Positions 37,682 through 47,900 of a DNA stretch of 64,000 bases are shown here, one piece after another (positions within the stretch are counted from its first letter, which is position 1; each line of letters starts with the position of its first letter). The position numbers were made by a program, and so were the translations under genes. This DNA comes from Candidatus Polarisedimenticolia bacterium (GTDB taxonomy: Bacteria > Acidobacteriota > Polarisedimenticolia > JACPZX01 > DASXTC01). Below the pieces are notes generated by a model. It did not search any database. It was given only the letters and a program-made list of their open reading frames with translations, and was not told the DNA's origin. Where the stretch lies: NCBI GenBank assembly GCA_035281445.1, contig DATEEA010000083.1:6625-70624 (forward strand). The letters are read 5' to 3'.

Positions 37682-38998
37682 TCAAGAGGCGTGCGGGGGC
37701 CCTTGCCGTCCAGGCGCCGCAGCGGCTGGGCAGGACGCTTCGATCTGCACGATCGGCCGCACCAGGAAGGCGGCCGCGCCCATCGCGGCGCAGACGACGC
37801 CCCCGGCCGCGTACCATGCCCGGACGCCGGCGAGGTCCGCGACGGGGGCGGCGAGAAGGAGCCCGGCGGGCGTCATGGCCGCGGCGGCGCTCATCATCAG
37901 CGTGAAGACCCGGCCCTGGTATTCGGGTGCGATGGTCGCCTGCATGATGGTCGCGATGCAGCCGTTGGCCAGGGCGGAGAAGACGCCGACGGCGAACAGG
38001 GCGAGGATCGCCAGGGGCCAGAGCCATGCCGGCGTGGCGCCAAGAGACAGGGTGGCGAGGCCGAGGCCCAGAATCGAGCCGAGGGCAGCGCGCGCCCGGC
38101 GGCCGGATCCGCCCCAGGCGCTCAGGGCGAGTCCGCCTCCGATGGCGCCCGCTCCGAAGGCCGAAGTGGCCCAGGCCTGCATGGCCACGTCTCCCTTCAT
38201 CTCCTGGAGCATCAGCAGGGGGAGCAGGGCGAAGGCCGGGACGCAGAAGAGGTTGATCACCGCGGCGCCTCCGATCAGACCGATGTGCCCCGGCAGGCCG
38301 CGCAGGTAGCGCAGGCCGCTGCCGAGGTCGGCCAGCAAGCCCGGGCTCTTCCCGGCCTCGGGCTCCCCGCGCCGCTCCGGTTCCGGCACCCGGATGAAGA
38401 GCAGCGGCGCCATGGCCAGGAGCGCCGTGGCCACGTCCACGGCCATCACCCCGGTCATCCCCACGAGGCCGAGCAGGGCCGCTCCGGCGGGGGCGGTGAG
38501 GATCCCCAGGCCACCCTGAAGCATCTGGTTCACTCCCTGGATTCGGCCCAGGTCCTGGCGGGACACCATGAGCGACGTCGCCGACAGCATGGCCGGGGCG
38601 TGGAAGGCGCCTCCGATCGCGCGCCAGAGCAGGAAACCGAGCACCGCCGTGGTGCTCGCGCCTCCGGCGAGAAAGAGACCCGCCAGGGCCAGCGACCCGA
38701 GGGCCACGGCGCCGTCGGCCGCCAGCATGGTCGCGCGGCGGCTCCACCGGTCCACCAGCGCGCCGATCGCCGGTCCGAGGACGATGGTGGGGAGCAGCGC
38801 GAACAGGGTGGCGGTGCTCAGGACGGCAGGGGAGCCGGTTTGCAGCGTCAGCCACCAGACCAGGGCGAACTGGGAGGCCTGGCTCCCCGCGAGCGAGAGG
38901 GCCTGCCCCGACCAGATGGTCCAGAACGCCCCCCTGCGCATCGGCGGATCCGCCGCGGCGCGCGTGGACGCGGTCGCCGCCTCTTCGCTTGCAGTCAT
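37682..38998 (-). CDS. MFS transporter (12-TM, EntS/macrolide-efflux-like MFS_3 type)
   Basis: The start MTASEEAATAS... follows a GGAGGAG Shine-Dalgarno. The product is ~439 aa with 12 predicted TM helices and MFS-type loops. The track ORF adds a spurious 38-aa N-terminal extension. Confidence 0.75.
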   Translation of the reverse strand: MTASEEAATASTRAAADPPMRRGAFWTIWSGQALSLAGSQASQFALVWWLTLQTGSPAVLSTATLFALLPTIVLGPAIGALVDRWSRRATMLAADGAVALGSLALAGLFLAGGASTTAVLGFLLWRAIGGAFHAPAMLSATSLMVSRQDLGRIQGVNQMLQGGLGILTAPAGAALLGLVGMTGVMAVDVATALLAMAPLLFIRVPEPERRGEPEAGKSPGLLADLGSGLRYLRGLPGHIGLIGGAAVINLFCVPAFALLPLLMLQEMKGDVAMQAWATSAFGAGAIGGGLALSAWGGSGRRARAALGSILGLGLATLSLGATPAWLWPLAILALFAVGVFSALANGCIATIMQATIAPEYQGRVFTLMMSAAAAMTPAGLLLAAPVADLAGVRAWYAAGGVVCAAMGAAAFLVRPIVQIEASCPAAAAPGRQGPPHAS

Positions 38999-39049
38999 GG
39001 CTCCTCCTCGCCGGCGGCGGGGCCGCCCCTTCATGCCGGAGGCCCGAAT

Positions 39050-39086
39050 GTCACGGCGTTCCTGATTATTCAAATCTACATGAACA
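39050..39086. promoter_or_regulatory. Low-GC divergent promoter/operator region between the MFS and ArsR genes, containing the inverted repeat ACATgaacaATGT
   Basis: An unusually AT-rich 40-nt stretch (ttcctgattattcaaatctacatgaacaatgtcaagtagtaag) lies in a 70% GC context immediately upstream of both divergent start codons. It carries a short inverted repeat of the kind ArsR-family repressors bind. Confidence 0.3.
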
Positions 39087-39782
39087 ATGTCAAGTAGTAA
39101 GATGAGCTCCATGGCGGGAAGCAGAGGACGGCCGGAGAGACGAGGCGCGCCGGCGGCATCGAAGGGGACGCCGGCGAGGGCGGGGACCGCGAAGGGTCCG
39201 GCCAGCGAGATCCACCGGCTGACGAGGCTTGATCAGATGAAGGTGCTGGCCCATCCTCTGCGGATCCGGATCCTGGAGCTCCTCTGCGAGGAACGGACCA
39301 CGAAGCAGGTGGCCGAAATCCTCGATCTGCCTCCCACCCGGCTCTACCACCACGTGGCCGCACTGGAGCGCGTGGGTCTCGTGCGGCTCGGGCGCACCCG
39401 GCAGCGCCGGGGCGCGGTGGAGAAGTACTATCAAGCCGTGGCCAAGACCTTCAGCGCCGATCCGAGGCTCTTCTCGTCCCGCGGTTCGGGGCAGGCCAGG
39501 GAGGCGGCCCAGGGCGTGGCCGCCCGGATCCTCGAGCACACCACCGCCGATCTCCTCGAGCTGCTGGAGGGAGGCGAAGGGCCGGGCACGCTGGAGCAGG
39601 AAGGGATCCTGAGCTATCTGGAGGTGCGGGGCGGCCCCGCCGAGCTGAAGACGATGCGGGCCCGGCTCATGAAGCTGATCAAGAGCTCCGCGGGGCGCGC
39701 TCCCAAGGCGGGCGCGGGGGGAGCGGCCTACCGGCTGACGATCGCGTTCTTCCCGCTGGCCCGCGGGCGCCGCTTCCGCTGA
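39087..39782 (+). CDS. ArsR-family (winged HTH, metalloregulator-type) transcriptional regulator
   Basis: The HTH_20-type segment is LAHPLRIRILELLCEERTTKQVAEILDLPPTRLYHHVAALERVGLV. It is divergent from the MFS transporter, a classic repressor-efflux pair. The start may instead be an internal ATG. Confidence 0.75.
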   Translation: MSSSKMSSMAGSRGRPERRGAPAASKGTPARAGTAKGPASEIHRLTRLDQMKVLAHPLRIRILELLCEERTTKQVAEILDLPPTRLYHHVAALERVGLVRLGRTRQRRGAVEKYYQAVAKTFSADPRLFSSRGSGQAREAAQGVAARILEHTTADLLELLEGGEGPGTLEQEGILSYLEVRGGPAELKTMRARLMKLIKSSAGRAPKAGAGGAAYRLTIAFFPLARGRRFR

Positions 39783-39846
39783 GCGGGGCGGCCGCACGGG
39801 CGGCTCACGACGCCGGGCGGCTCGGGAGGACGCGGCCCTCCAGGCG

Positions 39847-42800
39847 TCACAGGCTCCCGACGAAATTGACGAAGGCGCCCTGGTGGTCGTAGCTCAGGTC
39901 GGTCAGGTCGTCGGAGAAGTCGGTGAAGTTGTAGCCCGCTCCGACCTTGAAGTGCCTGCCGAAGCGGCGGTAGATGGCGGCCAGCGCGCCACCGCGTCTC
40001 TGTTCGAGGTCCGGCAGGTCGAGCGTGCGCACCTCCACGAGGCTCTCCCATCCCTCCAGGAACCGCCAGTCCGCGCGCAGCACCGCGAGATGCGCGGTGT
40101 TGTCGAAGAACTCGCGCTCGACGCGATCCAGGCTGACCTGCCCCATGCGGTAGGCGTACTTGCCTCCGATGGACCAGTCGGCCGTGAGGTCGTAGGTCAG
40201 GTCCAGGGCCGCGACGTGGCTCTTCTGGATGAACTCGGCGGGAGTGCCGCGGAAGGTCACCTGGTCCACGGTGGGGACATTGTAGAAGTAGGTGTACTTG
40301 GCCAGGGCGCTCAGCCGATCGTGCCGCACCGGGCGATAGGCGTAGCCGACCACCGCCTCGGTGTAGCCGCCCTCGTGGAGCTTGCCCAGGGAGCTGTCGC
40401 TCACCGAATGGTTCAGCTTGCCGACCACGCGCCCGTCCGGTGTGAGCTGGAACCGGAAGGTGTTGCGGAACAGCCACGCCGTCCTCTCGGTCACCGAGCT
40501 GTCGGCCTGCTCCGCGTCATCCTGACGGTACTCCACGGCGCTGGAGAGCTGCATCGTCTCCTGGCCGTAGCCCACGCGCACGCCGGCCGCCGTGCGGTCG
40601 GTCTCCGCGCCGGTCAGCGCGTCCCGCAGGGTGCCGGCCTCCGCGCTGGCGCCCACGTTCCACTGCTCCCGTTCCACGAGGTTGATGCCGGCGGCGTGGG
40701 TGAGGCCGGTGAGCGACGTGCCGTCCTGGTACCGCTCCTCGAGGTAGACGCTGGAGGTGTCGGACAGCCTCCTCTTCACGCCCGACACGAGGCTGCCGCG
40801 GCGGACGTTGAGGCCGTTGTCCGTCCTCTCGTTCTCCAGGGCGTAGTTCAGGTAGAGGCTGGTCCGGTCGGAGTACAGGTAGCTGCTCCCGATCCTGGCG
40901 GCCGCCCCCAGGTCCCCGCCTGAGACCTCCCCGTCGAGCCTGAAGCGCCTGGTCAGGTGATAGGAGCCGCCCGCGCCCACGCGCCCGTTTTCCTCGCGAC
41001 CCTCGCTCGACGCGACCGTCTCCTGGACGAACCCGTAGGCGCGCCAGGAGGCTCCCGGGTCGAAGGTCACCTGCGCCACCGCGTCGGTGCGGTCGCCCTG
41101 CTCCTGGGTCGGCAGGACGACAGGCGAGCGGTCCTCCCGCTCGTCGCTGCGGATCCCGGTGCTGACGCTCCAACGGTCGGTCAGCTTGTAGCCGACGTTG
41201 AGCTCCACCGCCCGCGTCTCCAGCCCCTGCTCCTCGGTCCGCTGGTCCCCCTTGGCCGCCAGGCTCAGGCGATCGGTCACGGCCATGCGGAAGGCACCGC
41301 CGATCTGCTCGGTGTCCTTGACGGCGGCCTGGCCCGGAGCCGAGTAGCCGGCCTCGATCGTCTGCGCGTAGAGGGTCAGGCGGCCGTCCTTGCCCGTGAA
41401 GAGGTCGCCGAGGCCGACGCTCACGTCGGCCCGGTAGGCACCCGCTTCGGCCTCGGTGAAGGCCGCGTCGGCCGGGCCGAAGAAGCCGAACCCGCCGTCC
41501 TGCGACCGCAGCGTGCTGGAGACCAGCCCCTCGCTGCGTCCGGTCTGCACCTTGAGCCAGGTCTGCTGGCTCATCCGCAAGGTCAGGTCGGCCGCGCCGA
41601 GGTTGCTGTCAACGTCCCCTTCTTCGTTGGAGTTGGCGGTCACTCCGAGCCGCACGTGGTCGGTGATCCAGTAGTGCCCCTGGCCGCCCACGGCCATCGC
41701 GTCCAGCTCGTCGAAGCCCGGCGTGTACTCGTAGCGCGCCACCAGATAGGCCTCGTCTCCGCTCAGGCCGCTGGTGCGCACCAGCAGGTTGTCGTCGGCG
41801 GTGGACGACAGGGGCTCGGAGAGCAGGACCCGGCCCTGGAGGTAGTCGATGTCGTAGTCCACGCCGTACCTGAGGTTCACCACCCCCGTGACGATCTGCG
41901 AGTCCTTGTCGCGCATCTCGATGCGCAGGCGCTCCGAGCCGGTCAGGATGTCCTGGTGGCGCAGGAAGTAGAGCGAGCCGCCCGTTCCCCGGAACTCCTC
42001 GTAGCTGGGCACCGTTCCGGGCTCGGCGGCGAACCCGTCCACGGCGGCGCGCCGCTCTCCGAAGTGGGTGGTGGCCTGGGACCCGTAGTGGGCGTTGGCC
42101 CCGTACAGGCCGCGGTCCACGTGGGCCAGCTCGTTGCCCAGGTACCCGACCTTGAAGTTCCCCCACATCCCGTAGTTGTCCCCGTGGCTCGCCTTGAAGT
42201 AGAACTTGCCCAGGGTGGGCGCCATCTCCTCCACCACGCTGTCGTCGCCGAAGGTGGGGTAGTGCTGGTCGGGATCGATGCGCCGGAAGAGCGCTTCGGG
42301 CGACTTGTCCAGGAAGTTGGTGAACAGGTCCTCCACCGGGCCCTCGCGGGTGTCCGCGCTGGCCGTCAGCCGCCAGCGGTCGCTGACCTTGCCGTTGACG
42401 TAGAACGCCAGCCGGCCGTCCACGGACGAATCGAGATCCTGGCGCGGGTTCTCCCCTTGCAGCGCCTCGGCCGGCCCATCGGACCGGTTCTCGGACAGGG
42501 TGAGATCGGCGATGCCGACGTAGAACAGGTCGGCGCGCTCGAACTCCAGATCGCGAAGGTAAAGGGATCCGTTGCCGGCCTCGTCCAGCACGGCCACCTC
42601 GACCGTGTGCGCGCCGGCCGGGAGGATCTCCTCCGCCGCGAAGCGGCCCTGCGGATCCACCGGGACCTGGCGGCCCGCCACCCAGACCGTGTGGCCCGCG
42701 GGGATGCCGCCGCCCTGCACCGTCACCGTCCCGCCGCCTCCCAGCGGGATCCTGTGGCGCGCCAAGTCGGCCTCGCCGTACGCGGCCAGCAGCTCGACCG

Positions 42801-44916
42801 GCGGCCCGGGCTCGGCTCCGGAGGCCTGGGCGTCGCCGGCCGAAGGCTCCCCGATCAGCCACAGCGGCCGCTCGTCGGTCTCGTCGTAGGCCCCCTGCGC
42901 GCCGTACGCGCGCAGGACGTACTTGAGCTCCCGGGCCGGCCCTTCGATGGTCCCGGCCGCCGGCACCCACTCCGCCAGGCCGTCTTCGCCCACCGGAACG
43001 ACCTCGATCGGGACGGTCTGCGCCGACTGCTCCTTGCGGAAGATCCGGATCTCGGCGCGCTGGATGAAGCCCGCATAGTTGGTGTGCATCCGGAACTGCA
43101 CCGGCGAGGCGACGGGTCCGGCTCCCTGATCGCTCACCGACACCGCCACCGGATGCGCGGCCACGCTCAGACGCGGCCTCGACTCCAGGTTGTCGAAGCG
43201 GAACCGGATGCTGGCGTCCTCCAGCGCCACGTCGGTGCAGCGCTGGACATCCGAGGAGCTGCGATCCGGGTCGTCGATCGGCTTTCCGTCCACGGTGATG
43301 CGCATCACGTTCAGCTCGTAGGGGCTCTTGGGGCGGAGCTCGCGGGTGATGCGCGTGATGTCCAGCCCCTCGAGGTCCAGCGGAGCCGGTTCGTCGTAGA
43401 CGGCCTGCACGCGCACGAACGATGTCTCCCCCTGGACGAAGCCGGCGTTGACGACGTCATCGGACTGCACGTAGCCCCGCCCCTCGTGCTCGGACCGGGC
43501 GCCCGACAGCAGCGGGTCCTGCATGACCATGTCCATGGCCCGGCGCGCCCGCGCCGCGGACAGCCCGATGTCGTCGCCGTACACCGACGCGGTGCGGCGA
43601 TCGAGGCGCTCGTTCTTGGTGTACCCGATGAACAGCAGCCGCGGGTTGGCCCGATCCGCGATCTCCGCCAGCGCGCGCTGCAGGTCCGCAGCGTAGCCGG
43701 GGGGAACGATCGGCTGGCCGGCCTCCAGCTCGATGGTGCGGAGAGGACCCCAGGGGGGATCGTAGACCTTCGCCACCAACGTCTCTTCGCTCTCGCCGGG
43801 ACAGGGCTGCGGCTCGTCGGGCAGCTCCTGCAGGGGGTCGTCGTACCAGAACTCCACCTCGACGCGGCGGTTCAGCGTCCGTCCCTGCGCCGTGTCGTTG
43901 GAGGCCAGCGGGTGCGAGGCGCCGCGTCCGTCGCTCTGGATGGCCGAGGTCGGCAGCCCCAGGGCCTCCTGCATGGCCAGGGCGACGCGCAGCGCCCGGG
44001 CCTTGGACAGGGACAGGTGCGTCCCGTAGATGCGCTCGTTGCGGCCGGTCAGCGGCGCCCCGTCGGTGTAGCCGACGAAGCGGACGATGACCCCCTGCCG
44101 GTCGCGCAGGTGGTCGAGCGCCTGCCGCACTTGCAGGGCGAAGTCCTTGGACAGGGGAGTGGTCTCGTCCTCGTAGCGCAGCGGCGCGATGAGGTTCTTC
44201 ACGCGCGTCCGGCGGGCGTGTCCCTCCTTGTACCGCATCTTGCAGACGGTCTCCATGCGGCAGACCTTGATGCGCTTGATGTCGTCGGAGACGAGGATCT
44301 CCTGCTCCTTGGGGGCCTCCCGGATCTCGTCGTACCAGACTTCCACCTCGACCCGCCGGTTGAGAGCGCGGCCTTCCTCCGTCTCGTTGGGCGCGATGGG
44401 CTGCGTGTCCCCGGCCCACTCGTATGTGATGGCTTCAGGCGGCAGCTTGAGCGAGGTTTTGAAGTGCTCGGCCACCTCGCCGGCGCGCTCCCTGGACAGA
44501 CCCGCGTTGTCTCCGAAGACGCGCGCCAGACCCTCGGACAGCCGCTGAGAATCCGCGTGCCCGACGAAGTGAAGGCGGACATTGCGGCGGTCCCGCATGG
44601 AGTCGAGGATCCTGGCCAGCTTGTCGAGGTAATCGGGCGGGATCTGGGCCACGCCCGACTGGAACCGGATGGGAGGGACCACGTTCTTGAGCTTGACCGT
44701 CTCCGGTTTTTCGCCGGCGACCTGCCGGATTTCCACCCGATCGCCCCGCTCGCTGTCCAGCCCGTTGGGATCCTGGGCCCAGACCCGGAAGCCCTGGTCG
44801 CCGGACAGATGATGCTCGGCCTGCTCTCCAGGCTTCTTCTCGCGCTCCTCGGCGGCCGCGGTGAAGGCGGAGAGGAGCAGCCCGAGCGCCAGCGAAGCGT
44901 GGCGATGCCTGCGCAT
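39847..44916 (-). CDS. Giant (~1689 aa) outer-membrane protein: signal peptide, three tandem OmpA-like peptidoglycan-binding domains, then a long beta-rich (beta-barrel-like) C-terminal region
   Basis: The start MRRHRHASLALGLLLSAFTAAA follows a GGGAGG Shine-Dalgarno, 5 nt after the upstream gene's stop. Three OmpA_C signatures are present (..NRRVEVEVWYDE, ..TLNRRVEVEFWYDD, plus a third TAS..GDDIGLSAARARRA unit). The remaining ~1100 aa are Gly/Tyr/Asp-rich with an alternating amphipathic pattern, ending ...GAFVNFVGSL. The track ORF is over-extended to 46263. Confidence 0.65.
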   Translation of the reverse strand: MRRHRHASLALGLLLSAFTAAAEEREKKPGEQAEHHLSGDQGFRVWAQDPNGLDSERGDRVEIRQVAGEKPETVKLKNVVPPIRFQSGVAQIPPDYLDKLARILDSMRDRRNVRLHFVGHADSQRLSEGLARVFGDNAGLSRERAGEVAEHFKTSLKLPPEAITYEWAGDTQPIAPNETEEGRALNRRVEVEVWYDEIREAPKEQEILVSDDIKRIKVCRMETVCKMRYKEGHARRTRVKNLIAPLRYEDETTPLSKDFALQVRQALDHLRDRQGVIVRFVGYTDGAPLTGRNERIYGTHLSLSKARALRVALAMQEALGLPTSAIQSDGRGASHPLASNDTAQGRTLNRRVEVEFWYDDPLQELPDEPQPCPGESEETLVAKVYDPPWGPLRTIELEAGQPIVPPGYAADLQRALAEIADRANPRLLFIGYTKNERLDRRTASVYGDDIGLSAARARRAMDMVMQDPLLSGARSEHEGRGYVQSDDVVNAGFVQGETSFVRVQAVYDEPAPLDLEGLDITRITRELRPKSPYELNVMRITVDGKPIDDPDRSSSDVQRCTDVALEDASIRFRFDNLESRPRLSVAAHPVAVSVSDQGAGPVASPVQFRMHTNYAGFIQRAEIRIFRKEQSAQTVPIEVVPVGEDGLAEWVPAAGTIEGPARELKYVLRAYGAQGAYDETDERPLWLIGEPSAGDAQASGAEPGPPVELLAAYGEADLARHRIPLGGGGTVTVQGGGIPAGHTVWVAGRQVPVDPQGRFAAEEILPAGAHTVEVAVLDEAGNGSLYLRDLEFERADLFYVGIADLTLSENRSDGPAEALQGENPRQDLDSSVDGRLAFYVNGKVSDRWRLTASADTREGPVEDLFTNFLDKSPEALFRRIDPDQHYPTFGDDSVVEEMAPTLGKFYFKASHGDNYGMWGNFKVGYLGNELAHVDRGLYGANAHYGSQATTHFGERRAAVDGFAAEPGTVPSYEEFRGTGGSLYFLRHQDILTGSERLRIEMRDKDSQIVTGVVNLRYGVDYDIDYLQGRVLLSEPLSSTADDNLLVRTSGLSGDEAYLVARYEYTPGFDELDAMAVGGQGHYWITDHVRLGVTANSNEEGDVDSNLGAADLTLRMSQQTWLKVQTGRSEGLVSSTLRSQDGGFGFFGPADAAFTEAEAGAYRADVSVGLGDLFTGKDGRLTLYAQTIEAGYSAPGQAAVKDTEQIGGAFRMAVTDRLSLAAKGDQRTEEQGLETRAVELNVGYKLTDRWSVSTGIRSDEREDRSPVVLPTQEQGDRTDAVAQVTFDPGASWRAYGFVQETVASSEGREENGRVGAGGSYHLTRRFRLDGEVSGGDLGAAARIGSSYLYSDRTSLYLNYALENERTDNGLNVRRGSLVSGVKRRLSDTSSVYLEERYQDGTSLTGLTHAAGINLVEREQWNVGASAEAGTLRDALTGAETDRTAAGVRVGYGQETMQLSSAVEYRQDDAEQADSSVTERTAWLFRNTFRFQLTPDGRVVGKLNHSVSDSSLGKLHEGGYTEAVVGYAYRPVRHDRLSALAKYTYFYNVPTVDQVTFRGTPAEFIQKSHVAALDLTYDLTADWSIGGKYAYRMGQVSLDRVEREFFDNTAHLAVLRADWRFLEGWESLVEVRTLDLPDLEQRRGGALAAIYRRFGRHFKVGAGYNFTDFSDDLTDLSYDHQGAFVNFVGSL

Positions 44917-44921
44917 GCCGC

Positions 44922-47900
44922 TCACCTCCCGTCCGGCGCGCGCGTGCCGCGCTTTCGGGGCGGAGCGCCGAGTCGCCAGAAGATCTCGGGCTCGATGGTG
45001 AGCGGATAGGCGTCCGCCTCGTCCCAGGCCCCCAGGATGGCGCTCTTGACGGCGTCCATCCGGCGCTCCACCAGCCCCGCGTCCTCGGTGTCGGCGACGT
45101 ACGACAGGCGCAGCACCGCCGGCGCCTTGCGCAGCTCGGCCAGCAGCAGATCGAGCCTCGGCCGCCACTGGGGACGGATGCCCGTCGCGTCCGGCTCGAA
45201 GGCCGCGTCGGAGAGATCGATGGCCACCACGCGGTGGATGGACGCACCGAAGTCGATCGTGAGCGCCTTGCCCCGGGTGGCGCGCTTGACCTGGACCTGA
45301 TCGGTGGACATGCGGTAGCCGCTGGGGAGGGTCCGGTCGTCGAGCTTCAGCACGAAGTTGCTGCCGCGCGCCTCGTGGGGCGTGATGGCGCAGGTGATGT
45401 GATACCGCCCGTGCGCGTCGGTGGCGGCCTGCAGGCCTCGCGCCGTCGCCAGGCGCACGCCGGGCAGGCCGGCCTCGCCTTCGTCCTGCCGCTGGTTGCG
45501 ATTGGCGTCGTCGAAGACCTTGCCGGTCACGTCGGTGCAGTCGAACGTCGGGTCGGGGACCAGGCGGACGGTTGCCGTCGCTTCTCCGGACAGGGCGCCT
45601 CCGGTCGCCCCGTTCACCACCAGAGCGCTGTTGACGTGCTCCCCCTCGCCCACGCCGGCCCCCACGGCCAGCAGCAGCTTCAGGGTCCGCGCCTCGGTGG
45701 CCGCGATGACCAAACCGCTCCAGGTCAGCTCGCGGCCGGCGATGGACGGCTCGGCCGGAACGCCGTCCAGGAGAGCCGACCCCTGGACGTAGCTGAAGCC
45801 GGCCGGGAAGCGGTCCACGATGGCCGCGTCCGTGAGGAGCATGCCCGACAGGTTGCTCACGGTGATGACGTACGGGATCAGTTGGCCGCGCATCACGTTG
45901 AGCGCCGGAGTGGTCTTGGAGACGGCCACCGAGCCGCTGAGCTGCGGATCGAGAGGGATGTGGTTGTTGAAGATCTGGCTCGATCCCGGCGGCAGGCTCC
46001 CGTCCAGCGTCAGGTGCAGGTGATGGGTGGTGCCCGCGCTGCGGGGAGGCACCCCCGCGCCGGGAGCCAGCTCCGAGGGCTGCACCTCGCAGTGCTGGCC
46101 CGTGGCGGGGATGGCGTCGTCCGGGCCGCCCGGGCAGGCCGGAACCGAGAACGCCGGCGTGGATCCGTCGGAGGCCGGCGGGATGATCTGGGAGCCGCCC
46201 GGAAGGAAGGTCGCTCCCGGAGGCGCCGTGACCGCGATGAGGTAGTCGCCGCCGGGCGGGCACGCCGGATCGCTGAAGTTGATGTCGAACTTGTAGTAGC
46301 CGTCCGCCAGAGTGACCTGCCCTTGCTGGGCCGCGTCGTCGAAGCAGGCGGCGGGCAGCGGCGAGGCCGCGCCGGAGTCCAGCAGGCTCAGGGAGGCGCC
46401 GGGGATCGGCGTGCGCGCGACCGCGTTGTAGATGACGCCGTTGGGCTGGATGGGAAGGTTCAGGCCCTGCACGCTGGCGCCGGACGTCACCAGGATGCCG
46501 CTGATGCGCTGCAGTCCGTTGGTGAAAGCCGAGGCGGCCCGGCCGAGCATCGCGGTGGCGGGGCCCGCCCCCGGCGCGCGGAACCGGATCTCGTACTGCG
46601 CTCCGCTGGCGTCGTTCGGCTCGACGCCGATGATCCGGTAGTCGCCGTTTGCGTCGGTGATCGCCGAGTGCAGCGGCTGGCCGTCGCGGTGCAGGTCGAC
46701 CGCCCAGCCGGCCAGGGAGCGCTCGCCTGCGTCCCGAGACTGGTCGAAGTCGGCGTCGTGCCAGACCGAACCGCTCAGCACGGCCACGCCGGGGATGCCG
46801 CCCACGACGATGGAGACGCTGGCGCTGGCCGTCTGGGCCGGCGTGTTCCAGGCCACCACGCCGGTGTTGGTGACCACCGTGCCCTGCGCGAGGCCGGGAT
46901 CCAGGACGGCCCTGAAGCGAAGCACCACCTGCTCGCCCGGCTCCAGCGGCCCGCTCACCGCGGCATGGTTCGCGGTGATGGTGGAGCCGGCGAAGCTCAC
47001 CCCCGCCGCCGAACCGTCCATCGTGGCGGAGCCCGGGACGTAGGCGAGCTGGGACGGGTCGAGCGTGTCGGTGATGACCACGTTGAGGGCGGGCACGGCC
47101 CCGATGTTGCTTACCAGGACGACGTACTCGAGCTCCGCCCCGGGCAGCGCCGCCCCGCCGGCGACCACGGCCACCTGTTTGGCGATGGAAAGCTGCTGGC
47201 CGTCGCCCACGACCACCACCGTGGGCTCGGGACCGGTGGCCGGGTTGCCGTCGCCGTCGGTGGGCAGGTCGGGCAGCTCGGCGCTTCCCACGACGGCCTG
47301 GTTGCTGATGAGCGTGCCCGCGGGGGTGCCCGGGTCGACGCGCAGGTCGAACTGCACCACGGCCGCCCCGCCCGGGGAGATGGTGCCGGCGCCCGGGCCG
47401 GGCAGAGGCGGCGTCAGGTCGGAGGAGCTGATGTCGATGCCCGAGGCGAGCGGGAAGACCCCGCCGTCCGGCTGGCCCACCGGCAGGCCGTTCAGCAGAG
47501 TGGAGTTCGTGACGTACGTCGTGTTCGCCGGGACCGTGTCGGTCAGCACGATGCTGGTCGCGGGGATGGCCGCGGAGTTCTGGACCGTGATGGTGTAGCG
47601 CAGCACGTCCCCCGGATCGACGACGCCCGGGGAGCCCAGATCGACCTGGAGCGCGGCTCGCTTGTCCGCGAAGAGCAGCGGGAAGTTGCCGACGATGTCG
47701 CGGGTTGGATCCCCGGCGATCGGGGTGTCCGGGTCGTCGGAAGGGTGGTCGACGATCCCGCTGCTCGTGGCGCTGACGAATCCCTGGTTCGAGATGATGG
47801 TGCCGTTGACGACGTTCGGGTTGACCACCACGTCGAACGTGATGGTAGCCACGTTGGTGGGCGGGCCCGAGGCTCCGGCAGGCATGGATCCCGGCGTCGG

